Source: the human T2T-CHM13v2.0 reference genome, Homo sapiens. Taken from it: 64,000 nucleotides of DNA. Within the stretch, counting starts at the first letter, position 1. The number at the start of each line of letters is the position of its first letter. Below, piece by piece: positions 12,662 through 32,151 of this stretch. Both the position numbers and the translations under genes were made by a program. The notes beneath the pieces are model-generated. The model was not told the DNA's origin. It ran no database searches and worked only from the letters and a program-made list of their open reading frames with translations. The stretch is taken from NCBI RefSeq assembly GCF_009914755.1, contig NC_060927.1. One strand, given 5' to 3'.

Positions 12662-13679
12662 ATAGGGGAAAAAACAGAGCAGAAAAACCGGAAACTCTAA
12701 AAATCAGAGCGCCTCTCCTCCTCCAAAGGAACACAGCTCCCTAGCAGCAACGGAACAAAGCTGGACAGAGAATGACTTTGACGAGTTGAGAGAAGAAGGC
12801 TTCAGAAGATCAAACTACTCCAAGCTAAAGGAGGAAGTTCGAACCAATGGCAAAGAAGTTAAAAACTTTGAAAAAAGATTAGACAAATGGGTAATTAGAA
12901 TAACCAATGCAGAGAAGTCCTTAAAGGACCTGATGGAACTGAAAACCACAGCACAAGAACTACGTGACGAATGCACAAGCCTCAGTAACTGAGGCGATCA
13001 ACTGGAAGAAAGGGTATCAGCGATGGAAGATGAAATGAATGAAATGAAGCGAGAAGGGAAGTTTAGAGAAAAAAGAATAAAAAGAAATGAACAAAGCCTC
13101 CAAGAAATATGGGACTATTTGAAAAGACCAAAACTACGTCTAATTGCTGTACCTGAAAGTGATGGGGAGAATGGAACCAAGTTGGAAAACACTCTGCAGG
13201 ATATTATCCAGGAGAACTTCCCCAACCTAGCAAGGCAGGCCAACATTAAAATTCAGGAAATACAGAGAATGCCACAAAGATACTCCTTGAGAAGAGCAAC
13301 TCCAAGACACATAATTGTCAGATTCACCAAAGTTGAAATGAAGGAAAAAATGTTAAGGGCAGCCAGAGAGAAAGGTCGGGTTACCCACAAAGGGAAGCCC
13401 ATCAGACTAACAGCTGATCTCTCAGCAGAAACTCTACAAGCCAGAAGAGATGGGGGACCAATAGTCAATATTTTTAAAGAAAAGAAGTTTCAACCCAGAA
13501 TTTCATATCCAGCCAAACTAAGCTTCATAAGTGAAGGAGAAATAAAATACTTTACAGACAAGCAAATGCTGAGTGATTTTGTCACCACCAGGCCTGCCCT
13601 AAAAGAGCTCCTGAAGGAAGTACTAAACGTGGAAAGGAACAACAAGTACCAGCCACTGCAAAAACATGCCAAATTGTAA
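12662..13679 (+). pseudogene. L1 ORF1p (RNA-binding/chaperone), disrupted
   Basis: Start reads gataggggaaa instead of gatggggaaa; in-frame TGA at 12990-12992; C-terminal part RATPRHIIVRF...YPAKLSF...QKHAKL* recognisable. Confidence 0.93.
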
Positions 13680-13727
13680 AGACCATCAAGGCTAGGAAGA
13701 AACTGCATCAACTAACGAGCAAAATAA

Positions 13728-17569
<3,842 letters not shown>

Positions 17570-17899
17570 ACAATGAGAACACATGGACACAGGAAGGGGA
17601 ACATCACACACTGGGGACTGTTGTGGGGTTGGGGGAGGGATAGCATTAGGAGATATATCTAATGCTAAATGACGAGTTAATGGCTGCAGCACACCAACAT
17701 GGCACATGTATACATGTGTAACAAACCTGCATGTTGTGCACATGTACCCTAAAACTTAAAGTATAATAATAAAAAAAAAAGACTGAGTCAGACTTACCAA
17801 GGTGAGTGCATGCTAACTCCTTCATATTCAAGTTGATACCACTCTTTATCAATAAAGACCCTTGATAAATGTTCTATCACATGTTCTTCACAGCCACAT

Positions 17900-18120
17900 T
17901 ATAACAGTTAAGTGTTTATTGAGGGCCTAAGATGTGTCTATGCCACGCCTGCTGCTTTATATGGACCATCTCACTTAATCTTCAAAACCACCCCCAAGTA
18001 TGTATTATTATCACATTACAAGGGAAGAAACTGGGGCCCAGAAGGGCTAGGAAAACTGCCAGTGTCACCACATGGCAGAATTAAGATGCCAATATTTATC
18101 TAATTTTGAAGCCAGTGTGT
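17900..18120 (-). mobile_element. MIR SINE
   Basis: tgtttattgagggcc...tctcacttaatcttcaaaaccacccc...attacaagggaagaaactggggccc. Confidence 0.6.
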
Positions 18121-18129
18121 TGTCTCCTA

Positions 18130-18250
18130 AAAGAAGATGAATAAGAAGAACAACAAGCAGAAGCAGAAAGAAGGCAGGAAGGGTGAGAGGGAGGGAAGAG
18201 CGAAAGAGGAAGAATGGAAGAGAAGGAGGGAGTGAGGGAAGAAGGAAACA
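18130..18250 (+). repeat. GA-rich low-complexity polypurine tract
   Basis: aagaagatgaataagaagaa...gagggagggaagag...gggaagaaggaaa. Confidence 0.8.
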
Positions 18251-20079
18251 CTATGATTGATTATGTTGTTTTACACATTTAAAATTGAGTACTGCAGAAA
18301 TTAGTTTAGTTTGCCAAAGTCACAACTAGTAAGTAGCAAAATCCAGAACAAAGCTCACATTACCCAAGTACCCTCCCTACCGTGCCACTGCTGGCTCTCC
18401 GATGTCAAGAAATAACTAACCATGGCAAATCTAACAATTCATTATGTGCTCATTTTACATCTGTATATTATTTTCCCTAAACCATTACTGGAAGGGCAGA
18501 AACTTATTTGAATTTTTTTTCTCTCTCCCTGATAGAAATAGTTTTTCTCAATCAAGCCATAATGTAGAAGTGAACAAACTATGTATTATACATTCAAATT
18601 ACACAGAGCAATAAATAATTGTCAAAGGAAATAAGCAATGATTTCCAAAAATTCAATTGACATCCCCAATTAGATCTACATAAAAAGATCAGCCAATTAA
18701 CTCTGCCAACAGCTCTATTTCGTTATTCTCACTTGCATTCTAAAATTTTGTTTATATAATTACTTCAGAACCAAAGGGGAAGTAAACTCATTTCTATCTT
18801 TTAAGGAATAATTGTCTTGTTCAAAGAGCAGCAATTTTATCCATGAATATGAAAAAGATGCAAAAGAAGAACAACCAGTAATTCCTTGTAAGAGAAAATT
18901 GCTCTGGGTTACAAGAAAAAGAAAAGGTTAGGCAGATTAACTAAAAATAGTCTAATCATTTTTGTGGATAAATGTCAAAGGAAAAGGAATAGAACTGGTA
19001 GTCTCTGTTTTCTCCTTGACGTAAGCAATTACCAACAGAGCTGAGTGGAGGAAGTCTGCCTTAAGGTGGATTCTTTACATGGAAGTTTAGGAATGTCCAT
19101 TCTTCAACATTAGGGAAAGGGACAATTATGCTCCCACCTACGTATCTTCAAAATACCTTTTCCTCAAGACTAAGTCACACTTTGCCTAAAAAAAAAAAAT
19201 CAGTTATCAAAAATATATAGGTACCAAAATGCTCACAGCAGTCCTATTTATGATAGCAACCACTAGAAATTACTAACGAAAAGAGAATAACTAAGTAAAT
19301 TATGGTATAAACATATGCCATATTTCTTTGATCCTTAGATGTCATTGATTGCAAGTAGCAATCTTATTTTACAGGCTTCTTTGGGGAAAAATATATATGA
19401 AATATTCACCAAATATTGTTAACCAATATTGCCACTTATCTGTGCAATTATACATTCTTTCAGTCAAGAGTGGAGTCTTCATTGGCTCTCCTAGTAGAAA
19501 GTCTCATCTGAGTGCCTTGACCCTGGGCAGCTTGTATAGCTCAGCACAGATATGCTGCTTTTCTAACCCAGGCCTTGATTTCAACCCCACCCCCATTAAC
19601 ACCTTTGAGATTAACCATTTAATTTCGAGGCACTTGAAAGAATATCAAAGTTCTGTCTGCATTTCTGCATTGGTTAAACTCATAGTTCTTTCCTCTACTG
19701 AATTACTCATACCATATATTAAATAGTTTCTCTTCAAAGCAGTCTGTAAGTTTTTGACAGAGATGTTTAGTGCCTGAGTCATGGGCCATCACAATTCAGG
19801 ATCAGTCACATCTATTCTCCCAGCTGAAAATACTACGATCTACTCTAAAGAAGCTGGCCATTTCTACTGCCTTTAATTCCATCGCCTAAGGTATGGTAGG
19901 CTTTCTTCTGCATACACCGTAACTTTTCCTTTCAAAGCCCCATCATACTGTGATCCTTATGAAGACATTAAGTAGTCATACGGATCCACATTTATGTTAA
20001 AAGTCAAACATATTTGGTATTGCCAAGTCGACTGAGATGATAATCAAATAGACTGACACTTTCTACTCTTAGGATCACA

Positions 20080-20195
20080 CAGTCTCAGGTATTCATAACT
20101 ATTATCAGCATCACCTGGGAATTTGTTAGAAATGCAAATTATGTAGCCCCACCTCCAGGTGACTTTGATACATGCTCAAATTCATGAGCTACTGA
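20080..20195 (+). mobile_element. Internally deleted MER5A
   Basis: atcagcatcacctgggaatttgttagaaatgcaaatt...ccccac joined directly to ctccaggtgactttgatacatgctcaaa. Confidence 0.7.
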
Positions 20196-20224
20196 GATAG
20201 TATTCAAAACATCTAGTGCATAGT

Positions 20225-20640
20225 AATAATCATAGCTACCAATTTCTAAATATGTAACAAGTGAAAGGTATTATGCTAGTTGTTTTACATGCCTAGTATT
20301 ACTTAACTATCACCATACCCCAATCAGGTATCACTACACCCATTTTATAAATGAGGAAACTGAGGCTCAAAGAAGCTAAAGAGCTTAGGTTTATTCCGTA
20401 GTCCGGTTTCTCATTTTGAAACATCAGTGTAATAAATCACAAGTTCAATTACTTGGTCAGTCACATGCTTATCAGTCTCAATTAGTTTATCCCCTCATTT
20501 TATACATTTTTTTTTTTAAAAGTGACTCCCGGAGAAGGAAAGCGACTTGCCAAGACTCAAATAGTTAATGGAAGAGCCTGAAGTAGAACTGAAATATTGA
20601 AGTTTTCAGTCTGGGCTATTTCCATCACACCACACTGCCA
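20225..20640 (-). mobile_element. Two MIR fragments
   Basis: cccattttataaatgaggaaactgaggctcaaagaag at ~20339-20375; second core at ~20490-20640. Confidence 0.65.
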
Positions 20641-20950
20641 CTAAGTCCAGTTTTTTGTTTTTTTGTTTTTTTTTTAATCAAAGGAAACTCTGATTTTAAA
20701 ATAACAATGCGTATACACGAAATGTCACTCTCAGGATGTGTGTTTGATTCCTGGAGAAAACACTGTTTTCCCCTGAATACTCATGAATCTCAGATACGTG
20801 CCAGGGCATTTCAAATTGTTCTTACCTGTGCCCTCTTAAGATTTATATTGTTGACATTCCTTAAATAGTTAGCTTAGTTACTGTATCACAACTTTCTTGT
20901 TTTCTTGACAACAGGTATTATTTCATGCCCTTAAAAGAAAAAAGAGACCA

Positions 20951-21264
<314 letters not shown>

Positions 21265-22299
21265 TTATTGACCCCCATATGCTAATATGTTGCAAATTCT
21301 TGGTACCCTTTTAGTATTAGGATATTTGCCTAAGAACCAAACTGTTATTCTGGAACTTTCCCCAACCATATTTTTCATAATTCTATGTTATACTTATATA
21401 TTGAATTGTCTATTTTCCAATTAAAAGCTACTCTACTTATGGAGTTTACTCTGGTTCCTACTCACAAATTAGGCCTTAATTCTTTTTAATAAATTGCTTT
21501 AATCAACACAATAGTGATGCTATACTGTACACTTGTGTGTAGACATATACACAAATGGTTATTATAATAAAAAGTTTTGGAAGTTACTCAATGCTTTTCT
21601 GGAAAATTTCAGCCAACTAGGGCTAGGACAAAGTGATATTTTACACTTGAGCTGGGAAAGAAGCTGAGTTGTTTATTTGGTTTTTAAACCAGAAACTCAT
21701 GAAATATGACATCTAATTCTGGCTGTGTTCTTATCTATTGCTGTGACTGCTCGCAGCTTATTGGTCCCCAGTTGAGGACATTTATTTCCTCATCTATTAA
21801 AAAGGATGGTAAACAGTTGCCTAATTCTAAAGTTTGGAAACAAAAGGAATTCTGTAGCTTCACTAATTTAGTGACAGATTTAATTCCTTTACAACTCCTG
21901 CCATCTCCAAACCTTTTAATTTTCCCCAAAAGCAAATTTACATTTTATTGCTGATAAAGAACATGATGGAGACTTGCCTAATTACCACTTGACCAGGATA
22001 ACCAGATAAACAGTGTCAGGAATTAAAAATATGGCACAAAACTATGGCCTTCCATTTATGTGTTAATAACTCACATGGTATTCTCATGGTATATATAAAT
22101 CCCATATACTACTCACCAGGTCTTGGAATATTCTGCTAGTAAACCATGTGTTATAGCAGAGTAATACTTTTTTCTCAAATTATGATTACTCAATTTCATA
22201 CATAGCATTTCTAAAACTTAATAGTCACCTATAATGAATAGTATAGTACCTACTATTTTTCCTAGATATATTAATTTATTTGAAAAACTAGTGGCATCA

Positions 22300-22490
22300 C
22301 TAATGACTAGTACTTTATGTTATTTAAAGTATTTTCATATACATGATTATTTGGTTCTCATACAAACCAAATGTTGCATTTGGATACATGAGTTCCCATT
22401 TTACAGATGAGGAAACTGAATGAGAATCTGACCTGTTCATAGTCATACAGCAACTTTTGACTCAGATCTTCTGATCATTAATCCTATGAT
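22300..22490 (-). mobile_element. MIR SINE
   Basis: cccattttacagatgaggaaactga core at ~22395-22420. Confidence 0.65.
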
Positions 22491-22996
22491 TTCTCAAACT
22501 TCAGCAGTCATCATTAACTCCAAGTCAGGTCAATGAATCTTCCACTAGTTAGTTCCACTGGCAAACTCGATATAGAGAAATTTCAGTTTGTAGAAAGTCA
22601 ATGAATATGAATTTAAGAAACAAATTTAATAAAGGTGTTAACATGTAATTATAAAAGGGAAAAGAAATCTTCTAACCAACTATAAACCTGGTCTCAAGCT
22701 CACTTGGGACAAAGACATACTAACCTCGTCATACTGATTACTTCTGAGGAGGGAGGGAAAACAAAAGAGATACAGGCTTTAGTTTGATCGTAATGTATTG
22801 TGTGCGTTATGTGCATGTGTTGGGGACCTGAGAGAGGCCACTGAATGGGTGTCTGGCACATTGTTTACATAGATGGGCTAATGGGTGATTGTGGTTTTGG
22901 GAATGCAGAGAAGGACAACCTTTTATTTTGCTTCCAAATCCAATCGAGTCCTACAGGGCAGACCCACATATAGTGACCAAAATCAGCTTCATTTCT

Positions 22997-23242
22997 TTTT
23001 TTAAAAATTTTATTATTATTATACTTCTTTAAGTAAGTTTTAGGGTACATGTGCACAACGTGCAGGCTTGTTACATATGTATACATGTGCCATGTTGGTG
23101 TGCTGCACCCATTAACTCACCATTTAGCATTAGGTATATCTCCTAATGCTATCCCTCCCCACTCCCCCCACCCCACAACAGTCCCCAGAGTGTGATGTTC
23201 CCCTTCCTGTGTCCATGTGTTCTCATTGTTCAGTTCCCACCT
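22997..23242 (-). mobile_element. Severely 5'-truncated L1PA3-like insertion (3' UTR only)
   Basis: Antisense L1 3' end (ttttagggtacatgtgcacaacgtgcagg...ccccacaacagtccccagagtgtgatg); perfect 16-bp TSD AATCAGCTTCATTTCT (22981-22996, 23243-23258). Confidence 0.93.
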
Positions 23243-24339
23243 AATCAGCTTCATTTCTGACAAGGTTTGGGTAGGTACACAAGCCTGAAATGTGCAGCCA
23301 CAATGGCCTTTCTAACGTCTACCTCTTAATTAGACAGATTTGCTTGGCCAAGTGCAGGCGTATTTGAACAATCACAGGTTCCCACACAGGGGCCAACTGG
23401 CCCCTGCAGGATTAAGCAAGGAAGGGCAGAAAACACAAGCAAATGCCTATTAAAATATAAAGACGCTAAAAGGCGGTAGATTGAACATGTTCAGTTCTTT
23501 CTCCAGACCCGCCAATCAGATAAGTGATGCCTTCTCTCCCCAGGAGACACTGGAAGTGTTCCCATACTTTCCTTTTCTGAGGAGCAGACTTTAACATTTG
23601 TTCCATGGAGACAGGGAGAAATGGTAGAGGTAAAGTGTGTCTCACTGACATTAATCAAGATCTGAAGACAGGTAAATAGTATCCCTTACAGGTGGCTCCC
23701 CCTAGCTTAGTACTATTTGAAGGTGCCTCACTTCATTTGGGAGGCATGGTGACATGTCTTTTTTGACAGCTCATAAACTATTTGTTCTTTTCCTTTTCTT
23801 TGACCAAGTCCAAGATAAATGCGACAATATTAAACCTTGCCCTCTTCCCAGTTTGCTTACATGAAATAGTCTGTGTTTTCCTTTCATCACTCTTACTACA
23901 CATGGTAAATAATAATACAGACTTCAAGCAGTGGAAGGAAATATTGCTTTCATATTTATACATACTATTTTTTTCAATACATGTACATATCCCTCTGGCA
24001 ATATGACAAAATGTCAGGGATGGCTATCATTATCCTAGGAACCTGACAGTAAAAGCCATGAGGGGATCTCCTTGGTCTCCTGGACTCAGTTCTTCTGGCT
24101 TAGCCACAGGCCACACCTTTCATATGCTATTCAGAGTGTTTAGCCACATGAGTGGCTGTTAATGACATGGCTCTCAGGTAAAAAGGATAACTGAGAATTC
24201 TACCAAATGAACTTCCTTTGACCAAATGACACCAATTATACCTTTTCAACATTCAATTAAGAAACATGACATTCTCAATTTGATGTTGCCAACAATCATT
24301 CAGAATTTAGAGAAACCTCCAGAGTCACATAAAGGTAAT

Positions 24340-25760
24340 TAACCTAACATTTACTGAGTAACCCTTAGGTGCCAGGAATCATAGATAAAAGGGGGAATAA
24401 CAGGCTCCTACATTTAAGGAACTCAGAGTCTAGATAGAGAACTGTGAAAGTGAGTAATTATGATACAGAATGGGAGATGAGGAAAGGAAATTAAGTTTGT
24501 GCAAGAAGTAAAGTGCCTTCTATGCTGCACCAGAAGTTTAGACTTGATCCTTTGGCCAGAGGCTGTTAAGTATAAAAATGACTATTCAGATCTGTTTTTT
24601 GGAACTCTATCTCTCAGGTTGTGGAGGACCATTAACAGAGGAGAGAGGACAGAGCACCATCTGGAGGAAAGATGATAGGAGCCCAAACACAGGCAGTGAA
24701 AAGATGAAATTATCACTTCTCTTCTTTTAAAATCCTGTTATAGGAAACATTAAGTTCAGTACTGGAGATTATAAGTGTCGTGAAGAAATGATGTAAGGAG
24801 CTAACCAGAAATTATTTTGTCAAAATTCTTCTCCCAGAATATCTTGCATATGAAGCCAGAACCAATTTCAACCTGCCATAGAATTAGAGGTTTTTGTAAT
24901 TTTAACAGATCATGGTGGTTGCTGAAAATATCAGTGGAATTTTAAAGTATATTTACATTTAAAATGACTTAAAACACCAGAAATGATAGTAAATCTTCAT
25001 ACATTCAACAGGAAACTAATTCCAATAAGTCTGGGAAGGCAGTTTAACACACCAGCATTGCTTATGGTTATCTTCAATCCAAAAATTCTTATATTTAGCT
25101 TTGTATTATAATTTATACATACAAGTCTGATTAGCCCATTAGACTCTAAGCTCCTTTCCTGAGGGCTTAATTTTTTGTACCCCTCCTCGCAAACTGCCTG
25201 TCACAAGGACTAGCTTTATGTAGAGAATCAATATTCATATTTTCAACAATTTTTTTTACTGAGTACCAATCATGTGCCAGATACAAGGAACCCATTAGTG
25301 CTGGAGAAAACTCTGTGAACAACATATAATAACCCCCGTTTTCACTGAGCTGACAGTCCACAGGGGACATGGGAAATTTCCATACCGTGTTAGGCAGCTT
25401 ACTCCAGGGGAGGAATGGAGGATGCCAGGGATGCCCATGGCATAACACATAACTTAAGGGACAAAGAAACCTTCTCAAAGAAGGAAGATTCAAAGGCCAG
25501 TAGGAGTTAACAAGATGAGGAGAGAGCAAAGAGTTCTCCAGGTGGAGGGAATAGCATCTGCAAAGACCAGGAAGACAGAAGAGAGCAAGGTGCGTTTGCT
25601 CATAGGAAAGAGGTTCCTGATGGCTGGGGTTCAGACAGCCAGATGAGATGTAGAGTGGGAGGGCATGATAAACCAAGCCTGGTCATAAAGTTTCCTGTGT
25701 AACTTCAGCACAGGGCCTGGCACAAAGTGAACACTCAAAATTATTGAATAAGTCAATGTA
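24340..25760. mobile_element. L2 fragments in both orientations
   Basis: aacatttactgagt...gtgccagg (~24345), tttactgagtacc...tgtgccag and ggagggaatagcatctgcaaagacc (25250-25680), and a plus-strand tail gcctggcacaaagtgaacactcaaaa...ttgaat (~25715-25750); unique sequence is interspersed. Confidence 0.55.
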
Positions 25761-25779
25761 CGTCAGCCTGCTTAAACAT

Positions 25780-25970
25780 TTTATCTATCTACCAAAATTA
25801 ATCTATGAATTCAATGCAATCCAATGGAAATCTCAACATGATTTTCCAAATAATTTGGAAAGATAATCTGAAAATTTATACAGAAAGGAAAAGGAAGCAT
25901 ACTAGCCAAAACAATTACGAAGGAGAACAAGGTTGGGGGACATGTGATATCTGAAATCAAAACTTATTGT
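25780..25970 (+). mobile_element. Ancient L1M(E/C) ORF2 fragment, left part of the element interrupted by the L1PA5
   Basis: ctaccaaaattaatctatgaattcaatgcaat (LPKLIYEFNAI) ... tagccaaaacaatt...gaacaaggttgggggac, homologous to ORF2 [11 protein letters not shown]...AKTIL..NKAGG. Confidence 0.75.
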
Positions 25971-26207
25971 TGAGCCATTATAATTTATGTTTTTATATTT
26001 TTTTATTATACTTTAAGTTCTAGGGTACACGTGCACAACGTGCAGGTTTGTTACATATGTATACATGTGCCATGTTGGTGTGCTGCACCCATTAACTCAT
26101 CATCTACATTAGGTACATCTCCTAATGCTATCCCCCTGGCCCCACCCACCCTACAACAGGCCCTGGTGTGTGATGTTCCCCTTCCTGTGTCCAAGTGTTC
26201 TCATTGT

Positions 26208-30027
<3,820 letters not shown>

Positions 30028-30090
30028 TATGATGTTAGCTGGTTATTTTGCTCGTTAGTTGATGCAGTTTCTTCCTAGCCTTGATGGTCT

Positions 30091-31107
30091 TTACAATTTG
30101 GCATGTTTTTGCAGTGGCTGGTACTGGTTGTTCCTTTCCACGTTTAGTACTTCCTTCAGGAGCTCTTTTAGGGCAGGCCTGGTGGTGACAAAATCACTCA
30201 GCATTTGCTTGTCTGTAAAGTATTTTATTTCTCCTTCACTTGTGAAACTTAGTTTGGCTGGATATGAAATTCTGGGTTGAAACTTCTTTTCTTTAAGAAT
30301 GTTGACTATTGTTCCCCACTCTCTTCTGGCTTGTAGAGTTTCTGCTGAGAGATCCTCTGTTAGTCTGATGGGCTTCCCTTTGTGGGTAACCCGACCTTTC
30401 TCTCTGGCTGCCCTTAACATTTTTTCCTTCATTTCAACTTTGGTGAATCTGACAATTATGTGTCTTGGAGTTGCTCTTCTCAAGGAGTATCTTTGTGGCA
30501 TTCTCTGTATTTCCTGAATTTTAATGTTGGCCTGCCTTGCTAGGTTGGGGAAGTTCTCCTGGATAATATCCTGCAGAGTGTTTTCCAACTTGGTTCCATT
30601 CTCGCCATCACTTGCAGGTACACCAATCAGACGTAGATTTGGTCTTTTCACATAGTCCCATATTTCTTGGAGGCTATGTTCATTTCTTTTTATTCTTTTT
30701 TCTCTAAACTTCTCTTCTCATTTCATTTCATTTATTTGATCTTCCTTCACTGATACCCTTTCTTCCAGTTGATTGAATCGGCTACTGAAGCTTGTGCTTT
30801 CATCACATAGTTCTCGTGCCATGGTTTTCAGCTCCATCAAGTCCTTTAAGGACTTCTCTGCATTGGTTATTCTAGTTACCCATTCGTCTAATCTTTTTTC
30901 AAGGTTTTTAACTTATTTGCCATGGGTTCGAACTTCCTCCTTTAGCTCGGGGAAGTTTGATAGTCTGAAGCCTTCTTCTCTCAACTCGTCAAAGTCATTC
31001 TTTGTCCAGCTTTGTTCCGTTGCTGGTAAGGAGCTGCGTTCCTTTGGAGGAGGAGAGGCGCTCTGATTTTTAGAGTTTCCGGTTTTTCTGCTCTGTTTTT
31101 TCCCCAT
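30091..31107 (-). pseudogene. L1 ORF1p, disrupted
   Basis: MGKKQSRKTGNSKNQSASPPPKERS start intact; premature TAA at 30915-30913; C-terminal half ends QKHAKL*. Confidence 0.93.
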
Positions 31108-32135
31108 CTTTGTGGTTTTATCTACCTTTGGTCTTTGATGATGGTGACATACAGATGGGGTTTTGGTGTGGATGTCCTTTCTGTTTGTTAGTTTTCCTTC
31201 TAACAGTCAGGACCCTCAGCTGCAGGTCTGTTGGAGTTTACTGGAGGTCCACTCCAGACCCTGTTTGCCTGGGTATCAGCAGCAGAGGCTGCAGAACAGT
31301 GAATATTGCTGAACAGCTAATGTTGCTGGCTGATCGTTCCTCTGGAAGTTTCATCTCAGAGGGGTACCCAGCTGTGTGATGTGTCAGTCTGCCCCTACTT
31401 GGGGGTGCCTCCCAGTTAGGCTACTCAGGGGTCAGTGACCCACTTGAGGAGGCAGTCTGTCCGTTCTCAGATCTCAAACTCCGTGCTGGGAGAACCACTA
31501 CTCTCTTCAAAGCTGTCAAACAGGGACATTTAAGTCTGCAGAGGTTTCTGCTGCCTTTTGTTTGGCTATGCCCTGCCCCCAGAGGTGGAGTCTACAGAGG
31601 CCCACAGGCCTCCTTGAGCTGTGGTGGGCTCCACCCAGTTTGAGCTTCCCTGCTGCTTTGTTTACCTACTCAAGCCTCAGCAATGGTGGGCACCCCTCGC
31701 CCAGCCTCGCTGCCGCCTTGCAGTTCAATCTCAGGCTGCTGTGCTAGCAATGAGCGAGGCTCCATGGGCGTTGGACCCTCTCAGTCAAGTGCAGGATATA
31801 GTCTCCTGGTGTGCTGTTTGCTAAGACCATTGGAAAAGCACAGTATTAGGGTGGGAGTGACCGGATTTTCCAGGTGCTTTCTGTCACCGCTTTGCTTGGC
31901 TAGGAAAGGGAACTCCCTGACCCCTTGCGCTTCCCGGGTGAAGCAATGCCTCGCCCTGCTTCAGCTCACACTCGGTGCACTGCATCCACTGTCCTGCCCC
32001 CACTGTTCAATGAGCCCCAGTGAGATGAACTCGGTACCTCAGCTGGAAATGCAGAAATCACCCATCTTCTGTGTCACTCACTCTTGGAGCTGTAGACTGG
32101 AGCTGTTCCTATTCGGCCATCTTGGAACCGCACCC
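31108..32135 (-). promoter_or_regulatory. L1 5' UTR sense/antisense promoter region
   Basis: Intact YY1 motif (plus-strand ggccatcttg, 32115-32124); the antisense promoter would fire rightwards on the plus strand. Activity untested. Confidence 0.6.
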
Positions 32136-32138
32136 TGA
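31683..32138 (+). CDS. L1 antisense ORF0, extended 151-aa open frame (expression unproven)
   Basis: gcaATGG Kozak context; MVGTPRPASLPPCSSISGCCASNERGSMGVGPS...IRVGVT homologous to ORF0; no stop until TGA at 32136-32138. Confidence 0.45.
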   Translation: MVGTPRPASLPPCSSISGCCASNERGSMGVGPSQSSAGYSLLVCCLLRPLEKHSIRVGVTGFSRCFLSPLCLARKGNSLTPCASRVKQCLALLQLTLGALHPLSCPHCSMSPSEMNSVPQLEMQKSPIFCVTHSWSCRLELFLFGHLGTAP

Positions 32139-32151
32139 GCCATTATAATTT

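Noticed and set aside
17779-17791. AP-1 motif TGAGTCA present in only one copy of the L1 TSD
   Set aside because: A single substitution in a 7-mer, expected by chance; no supporting context.
19349-19726. 125-aa ORF in the spacer as a novel gene
   Set aside because: Non-ATG start, no recognisable domain or splice structure; length is within chance expectation.
25167-25676. 169-aa minus-strand ORF
   Set aside because: Lies within an L2 remnant, starts at a non-ATG codon and has no recognisable protein features.
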